From IMG/VR virus record IMGVR_UViG_3300017990_000011: a DNA stretch of 64,000 nucleotides; one strand, given 5' to 3'. Under the pieces are notes generated by a model. It made no database searches. It was not told the DNA's origin and saw only the letters and a list, made by a program, of their open reading frames with translations. Shown here piece by piece: positions 30,086-38,919 of this stretch; position 1 is the stretch's first letter; each line of letters opens with the position of its first letter. The translations under genes were made by a program, and so were the position numbers. The stretch is from an uncultured virus (IMG/VR IMGVR_UViG_3300017990_000011). Its lineage: Duplodnaviria > Heunggongvirae > Uroviricota > Caudoviricetes.

Positions 30086-31072
30086 ATGGCTACCGTATCA
30101 TTTGAACCAGGACCACCAAGAACATCAAAACACAAACACTTGATGTGCCCAGCATGTGGTTTTCATCATGTGTATTTAAAACACCGGCCCAATCGTTGTG
30201 AAGGCTGCGGAGAGAAACTAGACGGACGGGATGAACCAATTGCTAAAAAGATAGAAACGGTATGGTCTTGTTCTAATTGCGGTCGTATAAACAGCCGCAT
30301 GCTGGATGAGGGGGCCAACCACTATCTAACATGTGAGTGCGGTCATAAAACAACAATCAAAGTAGATAAGAATGCGGAGAAACAGACAATCGGGCCTAAT
30401 CGTAAATACTACACCAAACCTATTAAACAAAACATGAAGAGTCCAAAACCAACCCCTTCTCATAGATTCACATGTATGAATTGTGGTCGTAATGAAAGAT
30501 ATAAGCATGATGTACGTGAATTGTCAGCGGTCTGTCGAAACTGTGGTAGTAATGACATGAGAGATGAACATGGTATTTTATTATTAGATCGGCAAAATCA
30601 CCAACGATTAGAGATCAAGTCCGGCAAGGTGAAATTCAAGAAAGAGGCGGCCTCGGCGCCATCACCAAAGCGTAAGTATGCCAGGCCCATTGATAGAAAA
30701 ACATTCCAGTGTAGGGGTTGTGGCCATATAGTAAGATATAAAAAGACCGTTCATGAACTAAGCGATCACTGTCGTCAATGTGGTAGTGGTGATGTAATGG
30801 ATGGGCAAGGTACAACAGTGTATAGACGCAAACAAGCGTCACCTAAGAAGAAAATAACCGCTAATAGGATACTCACATGTTCGAATTGCAATCACAAAGA
30901 GTCATACAATGTGATACGGGATGACAGACCAACAAATTGTCCAGACTGTGGTGCTGAGTATCCTGATCCATATCAGTATAAGAAGAAATGGAGCGGTGGG
31001 CCAGGTTTGTATAAGCCAGAAAAGAACAAAGTGACTATCACCAAGGCTGGTAAATGTAAATCAATTTGGTGA
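30086..31072 (+). CDS. multi-zinc-ribbon protein with C-terminal GKCKSIW tag
   Basis: Five CxxC...CxxC-type ribbons with basic linkers; ends KAGKCKSIW-stop. Confidence 0.8.
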   Translation: MATVSFEPGPPRTSKHKHLMCPACGFHHVYLKHRPNRCEGCGEKLDGRDEPIAKKIETVWSCSNCGRINSRMLDEGANHYLTCECGHKTTIKVDKNAEKQTIGPNRKYYTKPIKQNMKSPKPTPSHRFTCMNCGRNERYKHDVRELSAVCRNCGSNDMRDEHGILLLDRQNHQRLEIKSGKVKFKKEAASAPSPKRKYARPIDRKTFQCRGCGHIVRYKKTVHELSDHCRQCGSGDVMDGQGTTVYRRKQASPKKKITANRILTCSNCNHKESYNVIRDDRPTNCPDCGAEYPDPYQYKKKWSGGPGLYKPEKNKVTITKAGKCKSIW

Positions 31073-31096
31073 AGCAGATGGTAATAGGAGAGCTAC

Positions 31097-31546
31097 ATGC
31101 AGGAAATAATAGGCAATATTCTTAATGTAACCTCTGGTATAATATGCCACCAAGTTAATTGTCGTGGTGTAATGAATGCCGGCATCGCTAAAGCTATACG
31201 AAACCAGTGGCCTGTAGTAGCAAACGACTACTTCGCTAAGTACAACTCAGCAGGCATAGAGCTGGGTGATGTCATCTTATCGCACGTAGATAAAGAAAGA
31301 AACATATTCGTGGCTAGCTTGGCAGCACAAGATCGATTTGGTTCGGGGCTAAGGTTTACAGATTATGGTGCGTTAAGAATGTGTTTGGCTAAACTGAATT
31401 ATATCAACGCTGGCAAACATGATGTGTACATACCAGTAGGCATGAGTTGTGGATTAGCTGGTGGTGATTGGCAGAAGGTGTTAGAAATTATTACTATGGT
31501 GTTACCTAACTCAGTGCTGGTACGATACAGGCAAGGAGTCAAATAA
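31097..31546 (+). CDS. macro domain (Appr-1-p processing / Poa1p-like) protein
   Basis: IICHQVNCRGVMNAGIAKAIR; TDYGALRMCL; GMSCGLAGGDW. Confidence 0.9.
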   Translation: MQEIIGNILNVTSGIICHQVNCRGVMNAGIAKAIRNQWPVVANDYFAKYNSAGIELGDVILSHVDKERNIFVASLAAQDRFGSGLRFTDYGALRMCLAKLNYINAGKHDVYIPVGMSCGLAGGDWQKVLEIITMVLPNSVLVRYRQGVK

Positions 31547-31767
31547 TGGTTAGAGTAGTAGAAATCGGCGAGGCCGTAGCTGTTAGAGTAATATGTAACA
31601 GTTGTTATCAATCAACTTCGGGCCCACTAGATGAATTTAAAGGTGAGGATGGTGAGGAGTTAGATCTCTGTCCTAATTGTATGTCAGACATACCGATTGT
31701 ATCACACCTTATAGATGAGGTAATGGCAAGGATTGCATACTTCTACAGTCAGGAAGAGGTATACTAA
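31546..31767 (+). CDS. zinc-ribbon array member 1
   Basis: CNSC...CPNC...ARIAYF. Confidence 0.75.
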   Translation: MVRVVEIGEAVAVRVICNSCYQSTSGPLDEFKGEDGEELDLCPNCMSDIPIVSHLIDEVMARIAYFYSQEEVY

Positions 31768-31768
31768 T

Positions 31769-31990
31769 ATGTTATCAGTAAAAATAAATGTAGAAGACCC
31801 ATTGAAGTTAAACTGGGGACTTAAAGACTTCAATTGCCCTGAATGTGGGGGTCGTGATTCGTTCACAAGTATGATGTTATCACCTAGGAATTGCTGGAAA
31901 TGTGGTGCTCCGTACCCAGAGATAACTCACATGTTGAAGGAAGTATTCAGTAGAATAAACTATTATCTATCAGGGCATAAAAGATTATGA
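31769..31990 (+). CDS. zinc-ribbon array member 2
   Basis: CPEC...CWKC...SRINYY. Confidence 0.75.
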   Translation: MLSVKINVEDPLKLNWGLKDFNCPECGGRDSFTSMMLSPRNCWKCGAPYPEITHMLKEVFSRINYYLSGHKRL

Positions 31991-32199
31991 TGACACTAAT
32001 TGATTTACCAAAAGAAAGTAGGATGGCTGTGGTATGTCCTAAATGTGGTAAAATAGAATACTTCTATACTAGTATGCAATCACCATTCTATTGTAGGAAC
32101 TGTTATCTGGTGTTCGTTAATGTCATGCCTATGACTGATAGTATATGGTTTAGAACCTGCTACTATAAAAGCGGTTCGACCAACAAACGTGCGCGATAA
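31987..32199 (+). CDS. zinc-ribbon array member 3
   Basis: CPKC...CRNC...FRTCYY. Confidence 0.75.
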   Translation: MMTLIDLPKESRMAVVCPKCGKIEYFYTSMQSPFYCRNCYLVFVNVMPMTDSIWFRTCYYKSGSTNKRAR

Positions 32200-32231
32200 A
32201 GAGGTGTATATACCGCTCCGAAGGAGTTAAT

Positions 32232-32450
32232 ATGCTTATAGTGGAAGAAAACATATCCAAATTAATGGGCGGCCGCACAATATTCAAGTGCCCATTGTGT
32301 GAATCAAAGAATGTAACTTTTGTATCGGCAAGACAGACCTGTGATACATGTAAGCAACACATACCAAATGTGTTCAAGTTAATAAGAGATAGGGAGTATA
32401 GGATAGACTACTACCATGGTGTATTAAAACTATTAAAGGTGATCAAATGA
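32232..32450 (+). CDS. zinc-ribbon array member 4
   Basis: CPLC...CDTC...YRIDYY. Confidence 0.75.
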   Translation: MLIVEENISKLMGGRTIFKCPLCESKNVTFVSARQTCDTCKQHIPNVFKLIRDREYRIDYYHGVLKLLKVIK

Positions 32451-32484
32451 TTCGCCTTGCGAACCGTAGAAATCGGAGATTGTC

Positions 32485-32727
32485 ATGATCAGACTATTCA
32501 TAGACCCACTTCTCGGTCAGGATCCGTGGGTGGAAAAAGCATTAATATGCCACCACTGTGGAGAACCTATAGTATTCAGGCAAGTGGTTCCAGCTCAGTG
32601 TAAAAACTGTAAAGCAGACCAACCATATGCCGAACACTTGTTGAAAGAAGTAGCAGGTAAGAAAGCACAACTGGTATACTATAAAGAGGGGGATATAAAG
32701 GATGCTAACTGTTTCAACTTCAATTGA
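32485..32727 (+). CDS. zinc-ribbon array member 5
   Basis: CHHC...CKNC...AQLVYY. Confidence 0.75.
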   Translation: MIRLFIDPLLGQDPWVEKALICHHCGEPIVFRQVVPAQCKNCKADQPYAEHLLKEVAGKKAQLVYYKEGDIKDANCFNFN

Positions 32728-32911
32728 TGGGCCATTCAGAAGTCGCAAGCCATCATTCTTTATATGCCCACAATGTATGACTGGTATAAGTTTCTTTATG
32801 TATACAACACCATGGTGTGAGATGTGTGACTTGTCGCATATGAAAGTAATGCCCATGATACAAGGAGATGAAAAGGCCAAGCTTGAGTATTATAAAACGG
32901 GAGAACTCTAA
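32702..32911 (+). CDS. zinc-ribbon array member 6
   Basis: CPQC...CEMC...AKLEYY. Confidence 0.75.
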   Translation: MLTVSTSIDGPFRSRKPSFFICPQCMTGISFFMYTTPWCEMCDLSHMKVMPMIQGDEKAKLEYYKTGEL

Positions 32912-32914
32912 ACG

Positions 32915-33130
32915 ATGATAAAAATAACTGCATTACAAAAGAGACACCCGCATAGACCCAGAAGAAAAGTATTCAAGTGTTGTAAATGTCATCGAGAAAA
33001 TTGGTTTAACAGCATAGCACCGATGAAATGTCAATATACCAGTTGTCAACAAGACTTTAAGAACATGGTGTTAATAACCGAGGACAATGAGAAAGCAAGA
33101 ATAGCCTATTACAAAGAAGGAATAATGTGA
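32915..33130 (+). CDS. zinc-ribbon array member 7
   Basis: CCKC...CQYTSC...ARIAYY. Confidence 0.75.
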   Translation: MIKITALQKRHPHRPRRKVFKCCKCHRENWFNSIAPMKCQYTSCQQDFKNMVLITEDNEKARIAYYKEGIM

Positions 33131-33345
33131 TGCTCAAAATAGAAATGCTAGAATTAGAGTCAGACTTTTCCAAATTCAGAGCAAACTTCACATGCCCCAA
33201 CTGTAATAGTATAGTTTGGTTTTTTAGTAAAGAAGACGCACCAAACGAATGTCCTTATTGTTACTACGACTTCATCAGATTATTTGGCTTAGTGAATGGT
33301 TACCGATTTGCCAGGCATAGCTATTATAGGTACGGAGATACATAA
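33127..33345 (+). CDS. zinc-ribbon array member 8
   Basis: CPNC...CPYC...ARHSYY. Confidence 0.75.
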   Translation: MMLKIEMLELESDFSKFRANFTCPNCNSIVWFFSKEDAPNECPYCYYDFIRLFGLVNGYRFARHSYYRYGDT

Positions 33346-33526
33346 TGTTTAAATTTACAAGCAAAGGGCTTATTGAAGAAGGAGAACCCTGGGACATCAC
33401 GATAGAAGATCATATTGAGATAGAAAAAATATTCTCAGCAGCAGCAGACTATAACCCACTCGAGAAGATAGATGGAGTGTGGCAACACATGTATGAAGAT
33501 AATCATACTAAAAGGTTATTATAAAA

Positions 33527-33754
33527 GTGATCTCAATACAAATACGCAGTGTAGACTTTAGCAGTAAACAGATGGTAGGCTACATCTACTGTCCAGACAC
33601 AGACTGCAAAGCTCAGGTATTGATCTATACATTAGATAGAACACCTGACTTCTGTCCGTATTGTCAAAGAGATCTAAGATTACATGGTGGCTTAGCACGG
33701 AGAAATAAACATGCTATGCTAAGGCATTATAATATAGGAGATGTTGGAGGTTAA
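33527..33754 (+). CDS. zinc-ribbon array member 9
   Basis: CPDTDC...CPYC...AMLRHY. Confidence 0.7.
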   Translation: MISIQIRSVDFSSKQMVGYIYCPDTDCKAQVLIYTLDRTPDFCPYCQRDLRLHGGLARRNKHAMLRHYNIGDVGG

Positions 33755-33820
33755 AGTGGAATTCTTTACAGCAGATCAGCACTATGCGCAACGTAGCGCT
33801 GATCTTGGAGGATTAATATA

Positions 33821-34363
33821 ATGGAATTCTTTACAGCAGATCAGCACTATGAACATGCTGAAATGATCAATCACTGTGATAGGCCAATAAAGAAGATACA
33901 GCAGATGGATCAGCATATTATATTCAAACATAATGAAGTAGTCACTGACAAAGATACCGTTTGGAATATAGGCGACTTCTCTATGCTATCACCTGAATTC
34001 ACTGGTAGAATAGAACGTAAGCGGAGAAAATTAAAGGGAAGACAGCATCTTGTGTTGGGCAATCATGACAGATTAAAACCACAAAACTATGTTGAGATAT
34101 GTGGTTTTATTACTGTTCATACTGCTTATTGGTTTGAGCGTGCAGGCTACCGCTTTGTTTTAGCCCATGACCCATCTGTATACACAGCGTGTGGTAAAGA
34201 TGATGTATTACTACATGGTCATCTACATAAACTATATCAACATCTATTACCGGACAGAAGAGTGATTAACGTTGGCGTGGATGTATGGGATTTCGCTCCG
34301 GTTAGTTTTAAACAGATACTAGAACTATTATACGAACATGATATCAGACCAGTAGGGGGATGA
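33821..34363 (+). CDS. calcineurin-like metallophosphoesterase
   Basis: TADQH; GDFS; LGNHD; LHGHLH; INVGVD. Confidence 0.9.
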   Translation: MEFFTADQHYEHAEMINHCDRPIKKIQQMDQHIIFKHNEVVTDKDTVWNIGDFSMLSPEFTGRIERKRRKLKGRQHLVLGNHDRLKPQNYVEICGFITVHTAYWFERAGYRFVLAHDPSVYTACGKDDVLLHGHLHKLYQHLLPDRRVINVGVDVWDFAPVSFKQILELLYEHDIRPVGG

Positions 34364-34811
34364 ACAGTGAATAGATTAATCGGCGTTAGTAGGATCAACA
34401 TAGATCTGGAATTAGTATCAGGCACTTTTGTCTGCCAGGAATTCATAACACCAGATTTCACTGAGGTAATTAGAACCGTACTGAGTGACGACAGTAATAT
34501 GAATATAAAAAAGATTGATGTCATGCCAAATATGAATCCTATACCAGTGAATTCTTCACCAATGGGGTTTATATATTAGGAAAGGAAAATCAATATGTTT
34601 GGTCCACATTTTCCAGGTATGCCAAAGATGACCATACCTGTTACTAAAAGCGATGTAAAAATAGCTAAGCGTATGGCGAGTGGTAGTCTGATGTTTACTG
34701 AATTCAGAGGATTCGATTTAGATTTGAGAAGCTCTATAAACAATATATTCGATGGTGATCGAGATATTGATCACGCAATTATAGAAACATATATTGAAGA
34801 GGAGGATTGGG

Positions 34812-35060
34812 ATGAAGGACACGAATGGGGGTACTGTTAAACCACGCAAAGAAGATCGCGTACCAGTGATTGAGAAGTGCGAGGGCTGCGAGCGCACTGA
34901 AGTAATCAACGATCAGGAACTGTGCTTGGCTTATCTCACACCAGCAGAACACTGGCGCCTGGGTGATTGTCCACTCGGTACCCATGTGGTCACCATGGTA
35001 AGTGAACAGCAACAGGGTAAGAAGCGTGTCGGACAGCAAAAACAGAAGAGGGGTAGGTAA
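34812..35060 (+). CDS. PxxKW-like cysteine-rich protein
   Basis: PVIEKCEGC...LCLAYLTPAEHWRLGDCPLGTH plus basic tail. Confidence 0.6.
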   Translation: MKDTNGGTVKPRKEDRVPVIEKCEGCERTEVINDQELCLAYLTPAEHWRLGDCPLGTHVVTMVSEQQQGKKRVGQQKQKRGR

Positions 35061-35244
35061 TGGGCACTCTACGTTGTCATATTGATACAACATACATCGA
35101 CAAGTTCGGCAACTCCATTACCAGTTGGAGATCTATCCCTGGTAATCTAAAAAAGGGTATAGAGAATGTAATGGAGAACTTCGCTTATGAAGACAGAGAT
35201 CTTCTATGCGTTGATCTTGAGGTCAAGGAAGGCTACTAACACAC

Positions 35245-35330
35245 GGCCCAGTGGTGGAATTATGGTAGACACAGCAGGCTTAAGACTTGCTGCTCGTAAG
35301 AGCGTGAAGGTTCAAGTCCTTCCTGGGCTA
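35245..35330 (+). tRNA. tRNA-Leu(TAA)
   Basis: Acceptor GGCCCAG/CTGGGCT; anticodon arm GCAGG-CTTAAGA-CTTGC; long variable arm; T arm GAAGG-TTCAAGT-CCTTC; no encoded CCA. Confidence 0.9.
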
Positions 35331-35762
35331 AAGAATATCTTTGAGATTAGAATAATCTTTAACAAGACGCTGCCTACTCTTTGGCATGGTTTTGTGTGAA
35401 GAATATTCTTCTCTAAATGTTAGTGTTCTCTTAGTTTTTATATCTTTAGATAAAATAAAACATGTTGTATCAATTGGTTTAATATAACAGGCAACCATAT
35501 CACATGAATTAGAATCAAATAACTTCACTCTGTTGCCATTGTTGTTGCTTCGAGCTGCCCTTATTGTTATAATATAGTTACCATTTTTGTCTAGTGAATT
35601 AGTGGACTTAACTTCTACACGAAGTAGGTTTCCATCTTTAACCGCTATAAAATCGAAAGGATCATTACCTTCGGAAAATGGTGTAAAAACTGTATAGTCC
35701 AATTTCAAGAATTCAGTAATAGCCTTAGCTTCACCAAGGCTGCCAAGTTTTGTAGTTATCAT
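35328..35762 (-). CDS. PD-(D/E)XK free-standing endonuclease (group I intron-associated type)
   Basis: GSLGEAKA...PFDFIAVKDGNLLRVEVKST; SD AGGAGG before ATG 35762; AT-rich. Confidence 0.8.
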   Translation of the reverse strand: MITTKLGSLGEAKAITEFLKLDYTVFTPFSEGNDPFDFIAVKDGNLLRVEVKSTNSLDKNGNYIITIRAARSNNNGNRVKLFDSNSCDMVACYIKPIDTTCFILSKDIKTKRTLTFREEYSSHKTMPKSRQRLVKDYSNLKDIL

Positions 35763-35850
35763 AATATTAACCCTCCTACATATAGGAAGGTTAGTTAAAC
35801 ACAACTGACACCCACTCATGTGTGTTAGTATTACCGTAGAGGGAGGTAGT

Positions 35851-36693
35851 ATGACTATCAAAAGCAAAGTTGGTTTAGAGGCAGAATTTCTGTTAAGAGA
35901 TTCTAAAGGTAGTGTAATCATTCCACCCGCCGGTTGGGATCGAGATGGGTTCCCACTGTTGGCCGAGATTCGTGGTGAGGAAGCTGAGACAGCGGCAGAA
36001 GTAGTAACAAACTTCATGGCCAAGAAACTGGAGATCGTCGGCCGTATGCGTAAGACGCAGACCATGGATTTTGCTGCGTTAGAACGTATTCCCCTGTCCC
36101 TGTACAAGAAAGCCAATCGGGAAATCAATCCTGATGAGAAAGCAGGTATGGTCGATAAGATCCGCAACATCCATGACATCGACATCAACGAGTTCTCTGA
36201 CCAGGTCATTAAGAAGAACAAGATCCAAGGACTCAATGTCAGTTGCGGCCTCCATGTCCACTTCTCATGTATGGAAGTAGATGAGACCGAGGTTAAGAAA
36301 GCGGAATACGAGAGCGTCAACATCCCCATCAGCCAGGTCTTTGCGGAGGATATACCAGCAGCTGATGGCAGAGTGATGGCAGAACTGATGCGTCCTCATC
36401 TCAATCTCTATCGCTATAAGGGATACGAGGTAGAGGAGACTCTTACTGCAATGGCCAGTCGGCTCAACAAGCCAGCAGTTCTCCACATCGTGGATGCCAT
36501 GGACAAGGCGTTCTTCGATCGGTTCGCACCGCCGGAAGACAGGCGTACCAAGTACAGACAGCCAGGTTTCTATGAATTGAAACCCTATGGCTTCGAGTAC
36601 CGGTCTCTTCCAATGACCGATGAGGTGGAAGCGCATCTCTTTGAGATCGCCACCACAGCGTTCGAGATTCTGGAGGACGTCAACGAGTTCTAA
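35851..36693 (+). CDS. COOH-NH2 ligase (glutamine synthetase / glutamate-cysteine ligase fold)-like protein
   Basis: VGLEAEFLL; DG...AEIR; GLHVHFS; YELKPYGFEYRSLP. Confidence 0.75.
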   Translation: MTIKSKVGLEAEFLLRDSKGSVIIPPAGWDRDGFPLLAEIRGEEAETAAEVVTNFMAKKLEIVGRMRKTQTMDFAALERIPLSLYKKANREINPDEKAGMVDKIRNIHDIDINEFSDQVIKKNKIQGLNVSCGLHVHFSCMEVDETEVKKAEYESVNIPISQVFAEDIPAADGRVMAELMRPHLNLYRYKGYEVEETLTAMASRLNKPAVLHIVDAMDKAFFDRFAPPEDRRTKYRQPGFYELKPYGFEYRSLPMTDEVEAHLFEIATTAFEILEDVNEF

Positions 36694-36863
36694 AGGAGTT
36701 AACATGGATTCCTATAGTGATACACAAATCAAATGTCCCGAATGTCGTGCTGAACACTGGTGTCTCAGCAAGACAAGGATGCCGTACGTAGGGCCTGGTG
36801 ACTCCAATGTCACCATCTGCAAATGCAACAAGTGTGGTCACAAATGGGAAGAAATTGATTAAA

Positions 36864-36946
36864 GGGGGGTTATCCCGTAGGGGTAGCGGTGCTGGCTGTA
36901 AACCAGTTGTCAATTGGCTCGGGTGGTTCGACTCCATCACCCCCCA
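36864..36946 (+). tRNA. tRNA-Tyr(GTA)
   Basis: Acceptor GGGGGGT/ACCCCCC; anticodon loop CTGTAAA; T arm GGTGG-TTCGACT-CCATC. Confidence 0.88.
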
Positions 36947-37314
36947 ACGAAAGGACTGTCATGGAAATATCAGTAAGTTCAAAAGCCATGAAAGAAATCT
37001 CAGAATCCTTGAGGTATTACCTCTCAAGATACGGTATGGGGATGGATGAACAAGTCATTGAAAATCTTAATGCCGTTATAGAATTAGGCGAGAAAGGAGA
37101 GCCATGCAGTATACACTCTATTGGTTGGACGGTAAGCGGGAAGTAGTCGAAGGCGATAGCATAGCACAAGCAATGACATCAGCAGGTTATGGTGCTGGTG
37201 CTGTCAGAGCCCTGGACTTCTACGCTGATGGTGATGACCACAACTATGTCTGGAAACAATTAACCTCTATTGGATCCACGAAGAAAGTATGGCAACGGAA
37301 GCCATAATATAAAC

Positions 37315-37385
37315 GGCGGCATAACCAAGTGGTAAGGTAGCTGGCTGCAACCCAGTGTTCGGTGGTTCGATTCCATCTGCCGCCT
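37315..37385 (+). tRNA. tRNA-Cys(GCA)
   Basis: Acceptor GGCGGCA/TGCCGCC; loop CTGCAAC; U73 discriminator. Confidence 0.9.
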
Positions 37386-38229
37386 TAGGAGATATCATGA
37401 AAGTTAAACTAGAGATAGACACAAACAATCCCTTTCCTGGTGCATTTGACTTCTTATCTGCCCGGCATCTCAGTGGTCCACAACCACTAGGCTTTAAGGT
37501 ATTTGCAGTATTCGTATTAATCATGGCTATCATCTCGCTTGTAGCGTTCTTTATGTTGACACCCAGTGCTGAAGCGGGTGAAAGAAGTATCACCTCAATG
37601 GATAGGGAATTAAGAAGGTCAGTACCATGCAACGGACATGTTGAGGGTCCTGTGTATCTCAGAAACCTTTTCAAAGGTGCCAGTATACCACAGTATGCAT
37701 GTTGGCATGATGTAGACAGAGATGGTAATCCAGATGTAGCACTCATCTATATATTTAACATAAACGACAACATGTTCGAATTAGTCAGAGCCATGAGGAT
37801 GATAGAATACTTCCATGTGGTAGAAGACGAAAGGGCTTTGGAATGATTACCGTATATATAATACTAGCTATCTTATTCATATCATCGTTCCTGTTGGCAA
37901 CAACAAAGTACTTCGACCTGAAGGATGTGTCGGTGATGTGGTGGGGGATGACCCTGACAATCATAGCTGGCTTTCTCTTTAGGTTCGGTATGTTTATATT
38001 CGAACAGGCCATTAAATGGAACTCAATCTCATTCTTATGGGGAGGTGCCTACTAATGTTCTTAGAAATATTAGTATTATTAATTATGGCAACAGTCATAC
38101 TGTGGCTGTTCGGCGTTGACTGGGAAAAATTAGCCGGTATATGGGCGAGCTTAGTTGCATGGTTATTGTTCGGTTTGTTCATCGGCGCAAGTGTGTATTA
38201 CTTTAATCAAATGATGGCAGGAGGGTAAC

Positions 38230-38742
38230 ATGGAAGTATCAGGATTCCAAATCAAAGAAGCATTGAAGATGAAGAACTTAGAGCTGGATGCTGTTCGGCT
38301 GCAGTTTGATGATTCACTTCATGCCTTCAAAGATGAAAAGAAAATGTCCCCGCAAGAGATCATGACAGAGGTCTCGAAGCTGGAACAGGAGATTGCTGTA
38401 CTTCAAACGGCGCAACGAATCTTCAATCTTGAAACAATCGTTAAGGTAGGTGAAGCTACCATGCCGTTGGAAGCAGCGATCAAACTGGTTGGTGGTGCCG
38501 GCCGTTCATCTGGTATGTGGCGTAAAGCCGCGGGTTCACGGAGACGCAGAGGTTACTACAATGAGCCGTCTCTGTCCCGTAGAGCCGATGAGGAACAGGC
38601 ACAACCAACTGTATCAAGGGCAGAAGCCCTCCAATTTGCTAAGGAGGCGGAGAAGTTTGCTTCACAACTCCGTGGTGCCATAGCTGTTGGTAATACCCAG
38701 AAGGTAGACATTGATTCGGTGACGCCTGCGTTGCTGGATTAA
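38230..38742 (+). CDS. DIP1984-like helical protein
   Basis: IKEALK...SPQEIM...LQTAQRIFNLETIVKV...MPLEAAI; similar architecture to 39813. Confidence 0.5.
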   Translation: MEVSGFQIKEALKMKNLELDAVRLQFDDSLHAFKDEKKMSPQEIMTEVSKLEQEIAVLQTAQRIFNLETIVKVGEATMPLEAAIKLVGGAGRSSGMWRKAAGSRRRRGYYNEPSLSRRADEEQAQPTVSRAEALQFAKEAEKFASQLRGAIAVGNTQKVDIDSVTPALLD

Positions 38743-38749
38743 TGTTGTA

Positions 38750-38919
38750 GGAAGAATGAGTCGCCTACACAGATTAGGTGAGAGGTCACCTGGCTGGTTC
38801 CCTCGGCTCGGGTTCCTTGTTACTGAGGCTAGCAAACTTTCTAAATGTACGCCCACAAACAAACCCGTCTAAGGTAATTTGGGAAAATACGATACTCGTT
38901 TCTAGTGATTCATTCTTCC
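38750..38919 (+). ncRNA. putative structured RNA downstream of DIP1984-like gene
   Basis: 15-bp closing stem GGAAGAATGAGTCGC/GTGATTCATTCTTCC with internal hairpins. Confidence 0.55.

Noticed and set aside
11910..31072. CKSIW as a CaaX prenylation signal
   Set aside because: Cys is fifth from the end rather than fourth, the next residue is usually Lys, and no prenyltransferase is seen.
31987..32199. Internal DSIW in zinc-ribbon member 3
   Set aside because: Not terminal and lacks G-x-C; probably chance.
31546..33754. Diversity-generating retroelement behind the zinc-ribbon array
   Set aside because: No reverse transcriptase and no template/variable repeat pair differing at adenines seen in the window.
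35763..36329. N-terminal extension of the 333-aa minus-strand ORF
   Set aside because: Antisense shadow of the + strand ligase gene; the real nuclease start with SD is at 35762.
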